From contig OZ024743.1 of assembly GCA_964016885.1 (NCBI GenBank), forward strand, positions 301,258,001 to 301,322,000: a DNA stretch of 64,000 bases, written 5' to 3'. A model generated the notes under the pieces. It was not told the origin of the DNA and ran no database searches. It was given only the letters and a program-made list of their open reading frames with translations. Source of the stretch: Eledone cirrhosa (taxonomy: Eukaryota). This document shows, in pieces, positions 27,140-46,283 of the stretch (position 1 is its first letter; each line of letters begins with the position of its first letter). A program made the translations under genes and the position numbers.

Positions 27140-27686
27140 TCAAAATGGTAACCAAGGTCTCACTGGTAATATGCCAGAAAGGGAATTTAGAAGCAGGCTA
27201 GTTTAACATCATGCGTGGTTTTAAAATAAACGCACATGTGGAAAAACAGGGCCGGTGACGTCAGAATGAGACACATGTTTGTTTACATGAAACAACAGTC
27301 AAAAACATTGCGAAAGAAAACTCTACAAAAGGAGTTCAGCAAAAAGCAATGTCATCGCGGTCTTTTTTTTTAAATACCGGGATTAGTCACAAATAATTTA
27401 AGCACTCTAGGAAATAAATCCGAGTATATATATATAAATGAATAGTATAGAAATGGTTGTAACGAGAAGCTAACAGTATTCCATAACATATATGTGAGTA
27501 TAGCGTCAAAATGGGAAATTAGTTAACATAAGATATGGGGAAAATAATTCAGACTCAATTCAAAAGGAATCAGGATATAGATTTATCCAACAGAATTTAG
27601 AGAAATCCAGGGAAAAATCAATAGACTTAACTCATGATAAAACAAAGTCTAAAGTACTCACTCTTCAATTTGGGACACATTCAAAT

Positions 27687-27768
27687 GCTCTGTATAGTCT
27701 TGAAAACACCATTTCACGAAAACTTTCAGTGGGGATGGTTACGGTTGGATTTCGTTCATCAGCAGAGC
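27687..27768 (-). ncRNA. Type I hammerhead ribozyme
   Basis: GCTCTG-CTGATGA-ACGAAA...TTTCGT-GAAA-TGGTGTTTTCAAGACTA-TA-CAGAGC. Confidence 0.87.
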
Positions 27769-27795
27769 TCAACATGATAACGAAGGTCTCACTGG

Positions 27796-30679
<2,884 letters not shown>

Positions 30680-32398
30680 GCTTACTCCCAGCCTTTAGAA
30701 TCTATCAAAATATATTTTCATAGTACAGTTCTGACACCATTGAATTCTTCCCCCACATGGCCTCGATGTAATTGTTAGCGTATGTGTTCATATATATGTA
30801 TATATATATATATATGTATACATTCATAGTGTATTATTATCTCTGAGAATGAATTTTATATAGCAGTCTTATCATAAACATATATCACAATAAGTGGCAC
30901 ATTAAATATGTGCTGTTCAATTCAAGATAACGAATACAAATAATAAACATTAACGATTTATCAGATTAAGATTCTATTATTGTAATGTAATCTGACAGAA
31001 CTTGCTTTTCTATAAATATTGCCAGTAGCAAATATCTATGAATCACATAATAAAATGTATTATAAAGGGTGAACAAATTTAAATTTAAAATTTTATATTA
31101 CAAGGGAGAGCAAGAACTAAACAAAAGACGTTCAAGAATGCAGATATTTAATTTCCAACAGTTGTCAATCGGGGTATATATGACCAACAATACATTCTAT
31201 TTTATACATATTTTTTCTTCTTTTGTAACTGCTTATAATTTATATATCGAACAACATCCCGGCATATTTTAGCTATCAGTCTATCGGTTTCACACACATA
31301 TCTCTGTTTCAATCTCTCTCACTCACTTACTCTCTCTCTATCTCCCCCCCTCTCTCTCTCTATATATATTTATATATTAAAAGTGGAAGTGACGGAAGAG
31401 AGAATATGTCACCGGACTGGTAGGGTGAAAAGGTAGTAGGTGAGAGGGAAAGGAAGGCGGATGTTTTTAGGAGCATTGGTGACGTAAGGGGGCTGTGGTA
31501 CGGTCGGTTTCACACGCGCAGGTGAGAGCAGCATGGATCAGGGTGGGGGGATATTAGAATTCGGTGTATATACACCCATCGCTCGTCATTGCCGTTCTCC
31601 TGGTCACTCTTCCATACATGTCTTAGTCCTGGGTATCCTTTTACATCACAGATCTGAGGCCTCGCGCAACAGGTCTGAACAAAGTCTAATTTACCGCCCT
31701 GTATCCTGTTTCTCACATGGAGTCAAATGACCTTCCTCAATTTCTGTAATAGACCGCTCGTTATCACACACGCGCTTGTACATATACCACTAGATTCCTA
31801 TGGCTCTCTTATGGTTAGTAACATATACTCTTACAGTTAATATAGACCAATAAAATACGCACACTCCACTTTTCTCTTGACAGCTCTGTATATACACACA
31901 CATACACACACACACACCTTTATATTAACATACGTTTGCTCATAGCTTCGTGCTTACAAGCACACTTACTTTATTTTACTTGCATTTTTTTTTTTTTTAC
32001 ACACATATCCTCTTAACTTCGTATAAACGTATACACACACACACGCAATCACATACATACCAAACGCACACAAGAATAGCTCCTTATACAAAACGGTTTA
32101 TTTCCATTTTAGGTTGACGGGCTTCATTATCCACTTTTCTAAAAAAAAAAATATCATACACACAACGCCAACAGCAACGGTTTTCCAGGAGGTAGCAACA
32201 TTGATGTACCCGTTGTTTTTCTTTCTCTAGAAACATCTTCTCTAAGTCCACATCGCTCGCCCCTTTAAACATTCTAATTTCTCATTCTCATGAAGGACTA
32301 GCGTCCGAAAGGTTAAGATAATCTTCCTTATATTTCAAGCGTTAACCTAATATATTCCTTCCATATACTGTACCGATTGTGCTGTTACTTCTGTTCAC

Positions 32399-32455
<57 letters not shown>

Positions 32456-32480
32456 GGAGAGAGAGAGAGAGAGAGAGAGA

Positions 32481-32650
32481 GTAATAATAATACATTTGAA
32501 GAGTAAAATCCAAAGAGGGCTCGATAAGGATAAATATATATATTATATATATAAGAACCGTAGAGCAGATATTTATTAAAATAACAGAAGTTTCAGAAGA
32601 TCCCGTTAAGAGTGAAAGCAGCGATTCTCTGTTTAAACTTTAATCTGTTA

Positions 32651-32657
<7 letters not shown>
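32481..32657. mobile_element. Miniature PLE derivative, family B, with HHR-like motif 32588-32640 (+, core CAGAAGA)
   Basis: AAGTTT-CAGAAGA-TCCCGTTAAGAGT-GAAA-GCAG..CTGT-TT-AAACTT. Homologous to 41395-42183. Confidence 0.78.
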
Positions 32658-32694
<37 letters not shown>

Positions 32695-33445
32695 GGAAAC
32701 AGAAATATATGTATATTTATATATATATAACTATATATATATATATATCAGTATATATATGTGTGCGTGTTAGGTAACAGAAAAATATAGAATTCAACAA
32801 AATCTAAAATCTCCCAACCCCTGTCTTGACTCTAATTCTGAGATATTTAAAATTTGCCCATATATAAAAAGTCGGCATCAAAACAACATTTTGGGCACTT
32901 ACCCACCTTGAACACTCTCTACTTTTCAGACATTACACACTTATCTTATATTACACCATGAACACTCACTGTTACTTTTAATACTATGGACATTTATCAC
33001 ATATTCATCACTTATATTATGCCCTTATTTTAGATGACACCTTTTTATTTATTTCTTCTATTCCCTTAATTTTACCTTGAACAATGTCTCTTACTTTACA
33101 TATTCAACATTTATTTTATTTTCCTTACTTTTATACTTATTTTGCAGTTATATTATTCACTTATTAACTTCATTTTTTCCTAAACTGTCTCTTATTTTAC
33201 CATCCTTGGCCATAATCACATACTTTCAAATAACAAAATATATTTATAGATCCGTTCCGGACATAGAGCATTCGTTTGTCCTTTGCCTTTATCACATTAT
33301 TTAAACGACAAAATATATTTATATATTTATATTTATATATTTTTTATAGCTCTGTTCTCTACATAGAGCACTCGCTTTTCCGATGCTTTTTCTTCGGAAT
33401 TACCTATCACATATATTTGTGTATATATATATATGTATATATATA

Positions 33446-33521
<76 letters not shown>

Positions 33522-33570
33522 CGTATGTGTGTGTGTATTTGTGTGTATATATATATTTTTATATATAAAC

Positions 33571-33701
<131 letters not shown>

Positions 33702-33781
33702 AATATATACATATATACATATCGATATACAAAATATATATATAAACAAAAATATATGTGATACATATGTGATAATATGTG

Positions 33782-33812
<31 letters not shown>

Positions 33813-33885
33813 TGTTTATATATAAAAATATATATATACACACAAATACACACACACATACGCACGCACACACACACACACACAT

Positions 33886-33982
<97 letters not shown>

Positions 33983-34009
33983 TATATATATGCATATATA
34001 TAGTATTAG

Positions 34010-35430
34010 TTATACCATTTATGGTTATGTAAATACAAAACCTTATGCAGTTATAAGTATTTTACACACACCCTAAATAGTGGTAGGCAGTAATGTATTA
34101 CTACCTTATTACCAGTAAGTTAAGTAGCTCAATGTAAAAACATCAGATGATTTACAGAGCAGTTATATGAAATATAAGAATCAAAGAACTGTTCAAAACA
34201 TTATTGTGCTTACAGCTGTTTCCTCCAAACCGAGGTTTGGATTCTTCGGAGCAATTTATTAATGCATGGACAGTTATATGACCTCCTTTTCAGCCGAGAG
34301 GCATACCGATACATATTCAAACATTGATACATATTCAAACATTGTGGGTCAACATTCATTACATAATTTAGAGTGGCAGTACACACTTCGAGATTACATT
34401 TATATTAAGAGGTACAATCAAAAATCAAAAATACAGGTTAAAATACAACATGAAGATAAGCGGTTATATAGTGGAAATGTTATATGTGTGGCACGAATGT
34501 GCGTCTTGTTTATATAGTGTGGCAGAGAGATATGTGTGGTAGAGGCACTTAGGTAGGTAAACAAGAGTGTTAGGTTGGTAGATCTGGTGGCAAATTCTTT
34601 ATATGATTGATATAGTCTGTGTGTGGAGAAATATTATAAGCATTAAAAATAGTGCAATCATTAAGAGTGTTAAAAGTATTGGAGATGCACAGCGCAGGGA
34701 AGTCAAGTATTTCATGTACTTCGGCATTTTTATGGTCAGGGGAGTGTATTTTTCGGTTATATCCCCTTCACATAATCCACGACAATCCAGTTAGGGATCG
34801 TAGTCTGGTGCTCTTTAGTTCAATACAGGAGGCTGTTACGTTTCGAGAAACGCCATTGAATACCGCCCGGAAGTGTGTGGCTAAGGGGAGTTAATGCATG
34901 CGGGGGGGTAACTCTGGGGTTTCTATACCTAGCTATTAAAATGTATCCCAATATAGACCCTAATTGCTATGGTGATGCGCATCCTCCAAGAGAAATTTTT
35001 AAAGCACAAAGTGTATTAACTATAGAGTAGTTTAATTAAGTTATGCTGAAGGTTATCATATTATTATGGTGGATTAACCCATCGTAAGGTGCCAAAAATG
35101 GAAATTATAGATGATGAGCGAGGATTCTAAATTAATGATCTCTGTGGTCGTAGTCTACTCATAGGACCAGGCGCGGTGATTGCAGGATTGCTTCAGGACC
35201 CAAAGATCTCTGGTAAGATCTGGGTCATCGCTTGCTACATTGGATGTCGAGAGATAATCATCCCCAGGCCGGCCAGATGTCAATCCGCAGTTCTCGCGAC
35301 CCCTCTCTGACCGTCAGATCATCCATATATGTACAACCCGCACGGCTGTTGCAATGCATTCACTCACTGCAATCAGCAGCCCGGTCCTACTGGTCAACAG
35401 CGTTACTAGATTAAAGCATTTTTCATCTGT
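34010..35430 (-). mobile_element. Highly decayed PLE with HHR
   Basis: HHR at 34207-34253, faint RT/EN similarity, and segments shared with 44386-45078 (tactaccttattaccagtaag; tccaaacc..ggtttgga). Confidence 0.55.
34207..34253 (-). ncRNA. Minimal hammerhead motif, CCGAAGA core
   Basis: TGCT-CCGAAGA-A-TCCAAACC-TC-GGTTTGGA-G-GAAA-CAGCTG-TA-AGCA. Confidence 0.75.
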
Positions 35431-35504
35431 CATACATATATATATATACACAAATATATGTGATAGGTAATTCCGAAGAAAAAGCATAGGAAAAGCGAGT
35501 GCTC

Positions 35505-35575
<71 letters not shown>

Positions 35576-35906
35576 CAAAATATTAACAAATAAAATATAT
35601 TCACATAATCAAAATATATGCTTTATTATATATATTTCAAAGGTACTGTTGTATTCTTTTCAGTACGACTTCATGAGATAACATGTTTGATTTGATATAT
35701 GACATATCGCTACGGTCTTGATTATACAATTCCAGTATTGGCAGTGGCTTATTTCATCAAATCTCAATGTTTATATACCACAAATAATATGATAAACTTA
35801 AAAAAGAAAAATATAAAAAACTTCAGGAAAACTTAACTGTTGAGTGCTTTTAATCTATTGTAAAATTATATTCATTGAGTAATCAACGAACCATATTAAG
35901 CTTTGG

Positions 35907-35976
<70 letters not shown>

Positions 35977-36299
35977 TTGTGTGTGTGTGTGTGTGTTTAT
36001 ACATGTATATGTGCTGCGTGTGTGTGTATGTATATATGTATTTATGTGTGTGGCTATCTGCGTATGTTCATTTGTATTTTTGCATGCTTCAATGTGTTTA
36101 TACTTCCAATGGACATATTCATAAATATATCTATATGTAGTTTTGCGTATGTGATTGTATTTATGTATAAGTCTATCATTATGCGTGTGTGATGCCTTAG
36201 TATTATTTCGTCCGCCCGCTTATCTATATTTTTATTTTATTTTATTTTATTTTATTTTAAATATATTTTGTATTTCTCTGTGTATATATTTTGTATTTC

Positions 36300-36339
<40 letters not shown>

Positions 36340-36351
<12 letters not shown>

Positions 36352-36672
36352 TATGTATACGTACATATATATATATATGTATACAGACGTACAGTAGTAT
36401 GTATATACATACATACATGAACAAATATATATATATGTACGTATGGGTTTACCGAACATTGATTATAATGTTCCGTTTGTATGTAAACAAACAGCCCGAA
36501 TTAAGCCGTAGAGTGTTCGGCAACTATCGATGCCCTTTTTTTCAACACTGACAAAGGAACAATGAACTAGTTTCTAGCTTATTAGCTGTCATTTGCCCCG
36601 TATACCTTCCTGTCAGTCGATTGAACGTTTGAAAGTATATACTTTTCTTATGCATATTAACGGGTGAGCAGG
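36340..36672 (-). mobile_element. Diverged copy of the 480-nt HHR unit (decayed core CAAATGA, 36558-36600)
   Basis: Reverse-complement similarity to 10084-10330, including AGCT/AGCT stem II and GAAACTAG. Confidence 0.78.
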
Positions 36673-37215
36673 AAGGTATACGGTGACATGATTTTAAAAA
36701 CATATTTTGTAGTGAACGTGACCTAACATGTAACGAGTAGTCTCTTATATATGCAGATTACGGCTAGCGATTTATCGAAGGCGTTAAAACAACACAATGC
36801 TATACTACAGGACGCGTATCTAAGCTGTTTTAATAAGCACATGGAGGGTTCGCATCTGGGTATATTCAGTTTCCCTATTATAAATATCTGCATCTATGGT
36901 ATTTGAATGCATATATATTGGAGAAAACGCCTTCCAATTCTTGCCTTCTATACTCCATGTCGCTGCATGTTTCATTGAGTATATTCTTTCTTTGAGATTG
37001 AGTTGGTAGATCACTCACATGTATCTGCACTCTTACTCAAAAACGCAAATCGAAAAATATATGCACATACGAATACAGATTTGAAACTGTTTACTACCAT
37101 TATTGTCAATGATAACTTACACTGCATAATTCGATATTACGTAGTTTGTTTTCTTAAGTGTCAGCCTCTCTCACCAGGTCAACGTTTATACAATGTATAT
37201 GTATATATATATCAA

Positions 37216-37872
37216 CTAGAAATAGATTGACACATATATATATATATATAATAAACACATGAAACAATCTCAGGGAATAATTTGTAAAGTGTGTAAGCAC
37301 ACATACCTAGGAAGGTAACTAATTAAAGATTAACTAGAACTTCAGATATAGATACATTTTAAAATGATTAATCTCCTTTGTATATATTTCTTTAAATAAA
37401 AACAAATTCACCAATTAACCAGTAAATCACAGCGGTCAAATCTTGGATGATCACTAAATGAGGTGATCCAACCATCTGTGTTTACACATCAAATGCAAAT
37501 CTATGAATGACTCGAACCACGTGTTGCATTTTATAAAAAATACAGACATCGCACCGCGTCATCCCAGTGGCGTGAATAGGATTATGGACAGCGAGAAATA
37601 GCAGACGAGTCTATTCTAAAGATTTTAACAGGTATCTATATTTGAAGTTCTAGTTAAACTTTAATTAGTTACCTTCCTAGGTATGTGTGCTTACACACTT
37701 TACAAATCATTTCCTGAGATTGTTTCATGGGTTTATTAAATATATATATGTGTCAATCTATTTCTAGCAGATATAAAATGCTCGGATCTATTTATTGGAT
37801 TCTTTGAGCTTATTCTGCAGTGAATATGGCGCATGTTTCTCAGACATGATGACAACCTTAATTTAATTTTTG
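37216..37872. mobile_element. Inverted-repeat element (~150 bp arms), probably PLE-derived
   Basis: 37216-37365 is an inverted copy of 37622-37767. The right arm extends ~105 nt to (TA)n. Confidence 0.7.
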
Positions 37873-37873
37873 A

Positions 37874-37976
<103 letters not shown>

Positions 37977-37986
37977 TTACACACAA

Positions 37987-38040
<54 letters not shown>

Positions 38041-38042
<2 letters not shown>

Positions 38043-38234
38043 CGAAGGAATGTGGTAACGTACCAGACGGACCATAACGCACCAGAGCACTCAATACTTA
38101 GAATAATAGAGCGGGTAGTAGGAAAAAGTATGACCTCGACGGCAGAGCTCAATCTGTTTCGACGGCTATTTCTGGACGCCAGAAATAGCCGTTGAAACGG
38201 CTTGAGCTCTGTGTCTGGGTCAAACTTGTTTCCT
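38041..38234. mobile_element. Miniature family A element
   Basis: Tailed arm plus inverted short arm centred at tctggacgccaga. Confidence 0.88.
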
Positions 38235-39298
38235 ATATATATATATACACGTATGTGTATGTATGGTTGTGTGTGTTTGAGATTAAATACCAGTTTGTTA
38301 TGATGGAAATATATTATATTCGTGCTTTCAATACACTTGCCGAAATATATATATGATTAACTACGTATGATTAAATTGGTCTTAAGCATTGATATAGATA
38401 TAAATCTTTGTATTCCATAACTGTATCGTCTCCATACATAACAAGGCGCCTGCAGTTAGATACGATATTACGTTGAAATAACTGCCAATATGTATTATAT
38501 TCATATATAGCGTATGCAGAATTGTATCAATAATAAGAAGCAAATACCAATATCACTATACATCTCTCATTCAATTTCCAATGGTTACAATAACAATCGC
38601 TTCATATTTTCCATAGATAGACACAACCACCATAACAATAATTTAAATAACATTATACAAATATTATAAACGTTCAATACGGTGAAGAACGTATTTATAT
38701 TGGATAATTATTATTAGGTTTTAGTACACATATATATATAGGAGCACGAACTCACACAGGCATTCACCCTCGCACACACACACGCACACCTATAAGCGCA
38801 CACACACGCATGCATTCACACACGCACACACACACACATGCGCGCGCGCAAACACACGCACACACACACACACACACACACAATATATATATATATATAT
38901 ATGATATATACGTACATATATGTGAGTGTGTATGTGTATGTGCATGTGCGTGAGCGTGTGTGTGTGTGAGACGGTATATGCGTTGAGTGTTTAGTCATAC
39001 ATAGGTGTATGTGTTTATGATTTTCTCTTCGTGTAGTTTTGTATATGTTATAAAATTATGCATAATTTTGGTGCACTCCATGTTCTCCAAATAAATAAGA
39101 TGTTATAAAATATGATATTTTAGGAATTATAAAATTCCATGTAATATTTTACGTGGTAAATCAAACAGTAAGCACATTCTTGTCATGTTACCTTTCTCAA
39201 TACATTCAACATTTCAGGTAAAATTGTAAAGAATATAATTGATCAGAAAATATCTGTCAATAACAAATAAACTCATACATTTCTCAATAGCAATCATT

Positions 39299-39480
39299 AG
39301 GTGGATTGGCAGTATTGGTAGAGGGTCGGACGCCATGCTTTCCAGCATAGTTACGTCCCTTTACGGTCTGTGTTCAAATCCCGCCGAGGTTAACTTTGCC
39401 TTTCATCCTTACAGGGTCGATAAAATAAAGTTCCAGTAATGTACTGGTTAATTGATGGCCTTGTGCCAAATGTAGAAACA
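39299..39480 (+). mobile_element. tRNA-derived SINE
   Basis: Same family as 22543-22688, including the ggccttgtgcc tail. Confidence 0.88.
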
Positions 39481-40099
39481 ATTAATAAGGAAAGCATAAA
39501 GTGTTACACAAATATTTCTTTCAGAAAATAAATTATGAAAACTAATAAACCAATTACACACAAATTGTACTAAACATAACGTATATCACCGATCTTTTTC
39601 TTACACGATCAATAGTAAAAACGTGGGAAAATGTTTATTCTAATTCAAAAACACATAAGTGTGTTATGTTACCAATGTTTTATATAGTTTCATTTATATA
39701 TGTGTATAAGAAAAATGTATAATATCCGATAGGTATATAGCGTACAACTGATATAAAATGTGCACTCTTATTGGGAATTAAATGTGAACATTGAAATTTT
39801 CCAAAAACTAATTTGGTAAAAAAGGACAATTTGAATGAAGTGGTGGTGGTAGGGGTGGGGGGATGAGTGAATGTTATAGGCACAGAAACGCACGCGCGCC
39901 GACACAAACACACACACATACACATTATATTAGACATGGCCTGGGCCAATATTGGTCGAAACCTATCAAAGTGAAGTTAATTTATTAAGTTGAATCGGAT
40001 GTACACACTTTAATGGCATATTACAATTGTTTCCATATCGGTTATCTCCGGGTGCAATAAAGATGATTCGGCCCGACTCTTTTTTGAAATATTTTCTGA

Positions 40100-40440
40100 T
40101 TTGCGAGGTTATATGTGCAAAGACACAACTAAACATCTAGTACAAGGCAATATTGATGAGTGGGAATGTGGACGCCTGGCCGAAGACATAGAGCAATGTA
40201 GAGCCATCATCAAAGCAAATGCAGCTAGCTTTGAGGTGAGCACGAAGGCCGCTGCAGAAGACAATGATGATATAATAAATATGTCCGCCACCCAACCACA
40301 CACTGACCAAGTACATATTCCCCTCAACAGCACCAGAGACTTAGGGTCAACGATTCGCTTCTACAGTCATCCCAGGGTGTGCCACCGAACAGAACAGGAA
40401 ACAAAATATTCCAACTGAGCTTCTCAAGTGAAAAATTCGT
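40100..40440 (+). pseudogene. RTE-type LINE C-terminal remnant
   Basis: KDT..NIDEWE..LAED..RAIIK..AASFE and a terminal S.I.FYSH.R.C resemble the RTE/BovB C-terminus. Confidence 0.5.
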
Positions 40441-41265
40441 TATTCATTTATTCAAATGTATATATATATATGTCTGTGTGTGAGTGTGTGTGAGGGGGGG
40501 GGGGTATGTATGTGTGTGTATGAGTGTGTGTGTTTGCGTGTGTGTATAACCTTGTATAAGATTATACAGAGTGGGTAACCAAAACATTTAAAATAATTAA
40601 ACATGTAAGCCTGCCAGAAAATACGAATTATCCTCTAAATTTGAATTAAATATTAAACCTCTTCGATCTATAAATACCGTTAACATTAATTACCTATCAA
40701 TGGGATCGATAATTATATGCAAGTTAATACAACCATTTCAGAATACTCCTATGAGTAAATAGGCATATAAACCCACAAAAAACATGTATGTGTGGCTGTT
40801 TATTTAGTATAACTCCTTCTGATGAAAATTCAAATAGCACCAAAAACACACTAAATAAAAATAAAACAGCGAATGGTGTTTATCAATCTTTGTCTATGCA
40901 TTATTTCTGATCTCCATGGAACAATTTATGCAACTCCATCCTCTTCAATCTCTCCTAATACCCCACTTCAGTGAAACACATTTTGTGACGGATCTCATAC
41001 GTTGAAAAGTCATTTGTATCACTAGGTAAAGAAAAAAAAGTGCTTGTCAAGATGGGGACTTGCTCTGGTAAATAATATGAAATAATACGAGAGAGAGTGG
41101 TAGTTTTTTTTAAATATAAATTTAGTAGAAATAAGTATGTATGTCTGTACATAAGTATGTATGTATGCATGAATGTATGTATGAACGCATGCATGTTTAT
41201 CTTTATATATATATATAGACAAACATGCATGCGTGCATCCAAAAATTCATTCATGCATACATATA

Positions 41266-42280
<1,015 letters not shown>

Positions 42281-42809
42281 TGTATGTGTGTGTGTGTGTG
42301 TCTGTCTGTGTCTGTGTGTTCGCGTGCAAGCGTACGTGTATTCCTCTCTGAGTGATTATGTGGGAGTATCTGCGTGTGCGGACATTAAGCGTTTTTGTTA
42401 GGAATGCTGTTGGAAGTAATGCATCTCCCTCTTGCCAATGCAAAGAAACGATGAACAGAACATAGCTTATTAATCATCATTTTAGATGTACTACTTCATT
42501 GTCTACGTTATCCTTCTTCACTCTACCGGCTAGTTAATATGCTGAAAAGTGACAATACGCATCAAATTAGGTATGGAATAATTCGAGAGTATTTGAACTT
42601 TGACATCGATATAAAAGAAGTTAACGAGCATAGACAGACTTACTGTCGGATAATAGAAACAAAAATATATAGAAATACATGTTTATATAATAAAACCAGA
42701 CTTCTTGCTACGCACGCATGCACACGCACACACACACACACACGCACAGCCTTACATACACATACAGACACAAATATACATACATACACACATACACACA
42801 CACGCACAT

Positions 42810-42889
<80 letters not shown>

Positions 42890-43232
42890 GTTAGTGTGAG
42901 TGCGTGTGTACATGCGGGACGTTATCACATTTGATTTACAAAGTATCTATGGGTCCCTAATTAGGAAAGATGCACTTGACGAAATATGATGTAGCAAATA
43001 TAAGCTAAACGAGTAACGCAAATTATAAAAATTGTACACTTCAAAGAACCTAATAATTTTATGTCTCGTGAATTTAAAAGTTCGTGTAGCCTGTTTGACG
43101 ACATTCAATTCGTCAGCATGTATTCTAGTCTATCGATCACTCATAACCTTCCTTCAACTCATTTTACAAAACTATTTTCATATCACTATAAGTTATGTAT
43201 CATAGTGTGTGCTTATATATATATAAATATAT

Positions 43233-43313
<81 letters not shown>

Positions 43314-43842
43314 CACAAACGTACATTTATATATGAAATACATACGAGGAAATCTGTTAAAAAAAACACAGTAGGAATTATACAAATATTACAAGGAAGT
43401 ATCTGTGTATGTAGGTTTCTGTGTATGTATTTATTTTAGGTAATGGCACCTGCTTGTGTAATAATTTACATATGTATACTCCATCCAATTCTTCATCTTT
43501 CACATACCACTAACCTTTCCCTTAATCACATACAAATCCACATCTACATGTATCTCCTGCCTCCCATAGACCAGTAAGATATCTGAGGCTATGTCCATTA
43601 TCACCAGTTATATTCTTCTTTTTCACAACCAGCACCCTCTCTAGCCTCTGTTAATTACCCTTCCTCATTTGAATCCACAAAACCAAGTCCAGTTCATCCT
43701 TATTTATAATGTGTCTACTATTAAAACGTTAGGTCTTGTTTGATTAACGTATAGCACACTGGCGAGAGGGCAGAATAACATGACTCACTATTTATCCTTA
43801 ACTATATTGAGTACTCGATTATTCTCAGTGTCAAGCACATAT

Positions 43843-45662
<1,820 letters not shown>

Positions 45663-45761
45663 CGATCGGCTGAGGTTGAAGGAACAGAATAGCGGTCGCC
45701 CTCGGGTCTCGATTTTCAGCCCCATGGATTTTACCTATTACATTCACGTATTATATTTCGA

Positions 45762-45819
45762 ATACCTGATGATATCACCGGATTCATACGGAGCCCGGTC
45801 ATTGAAATGATCATAGTAT
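45762..45819 (+). ncRNA. Minimal type I hammerhead ribozyme, canonical core
   Basis: ATAC-CTGATGA-TATCACCGG...CCGGTCATT-GAAA-TGATCA-TA-GTAT, in a ~210 bp unit between (TA)n tracts. Confidence 0.85.
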
Positions 45820-46283
45820 AATAAACCTTTCAAGGATTTACACAAATCCAGCCTCCTGTCATTTCATTATATATATATATATATAAATATATACTATAGC
45901 CTATTCCTTGTTCGATCATTATAACCAATGTCTATTATTTTAAGCAGACTGTATTTTGATTTAGGTGTCACAGAAACTCTACATCGGATTTTAACAGTAA
46001 TTCCGGGTGTCCTGGTCAGGTTATCATTTATCTTTTTATCATTTATTTTGTTTTGACCTGTTTAGCTTGATTTGATTTTTAGCTTGGGTGGTTAATGTCT
46101 TCTTGACCACCTTTTCAGTTTTGTATGGCTTCTTAACACATTGTTTAACTCTGGGTTTTAACTATTGATCACTTTGCCAGTGTCATTTCTGATTTTTGCG
46201 TTTTGCTTCGCCTTTCCTGCCCGCCGAAATGCGATTCTCTCTGAATCTTTATTTGTATATATATATATATATATATATATATA

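Larger units (their letters stand above)
26803..27801 (-). mobile_element. Retrozyme-like element: two ~365 bp direct repeats, each with an HHR (629 nt monomer)
   Basis: 26803-27171 resembles 27434-27801. No ORF. (TA)n flanks. Confidence 0.88.

Noticed and set aside
32283-32320. CTCATGA-AGGAC/GTCC-GAAA hammerhead remnant
   Set aside because: G5 is mutated and stems I and III are poor. It is probably a relic but is not listed as a feature.
35460-35510. CCGAAGA...GAAA as another U4C hammerhead
   Set aside because: Stems I and II do not pair.
39930-39975. GGCCAATATTGGTC-GAAA hairpin, also near 16855-16890
   Set aside because: A shared small repeat, but neither copy has a CUGANGA-like core.
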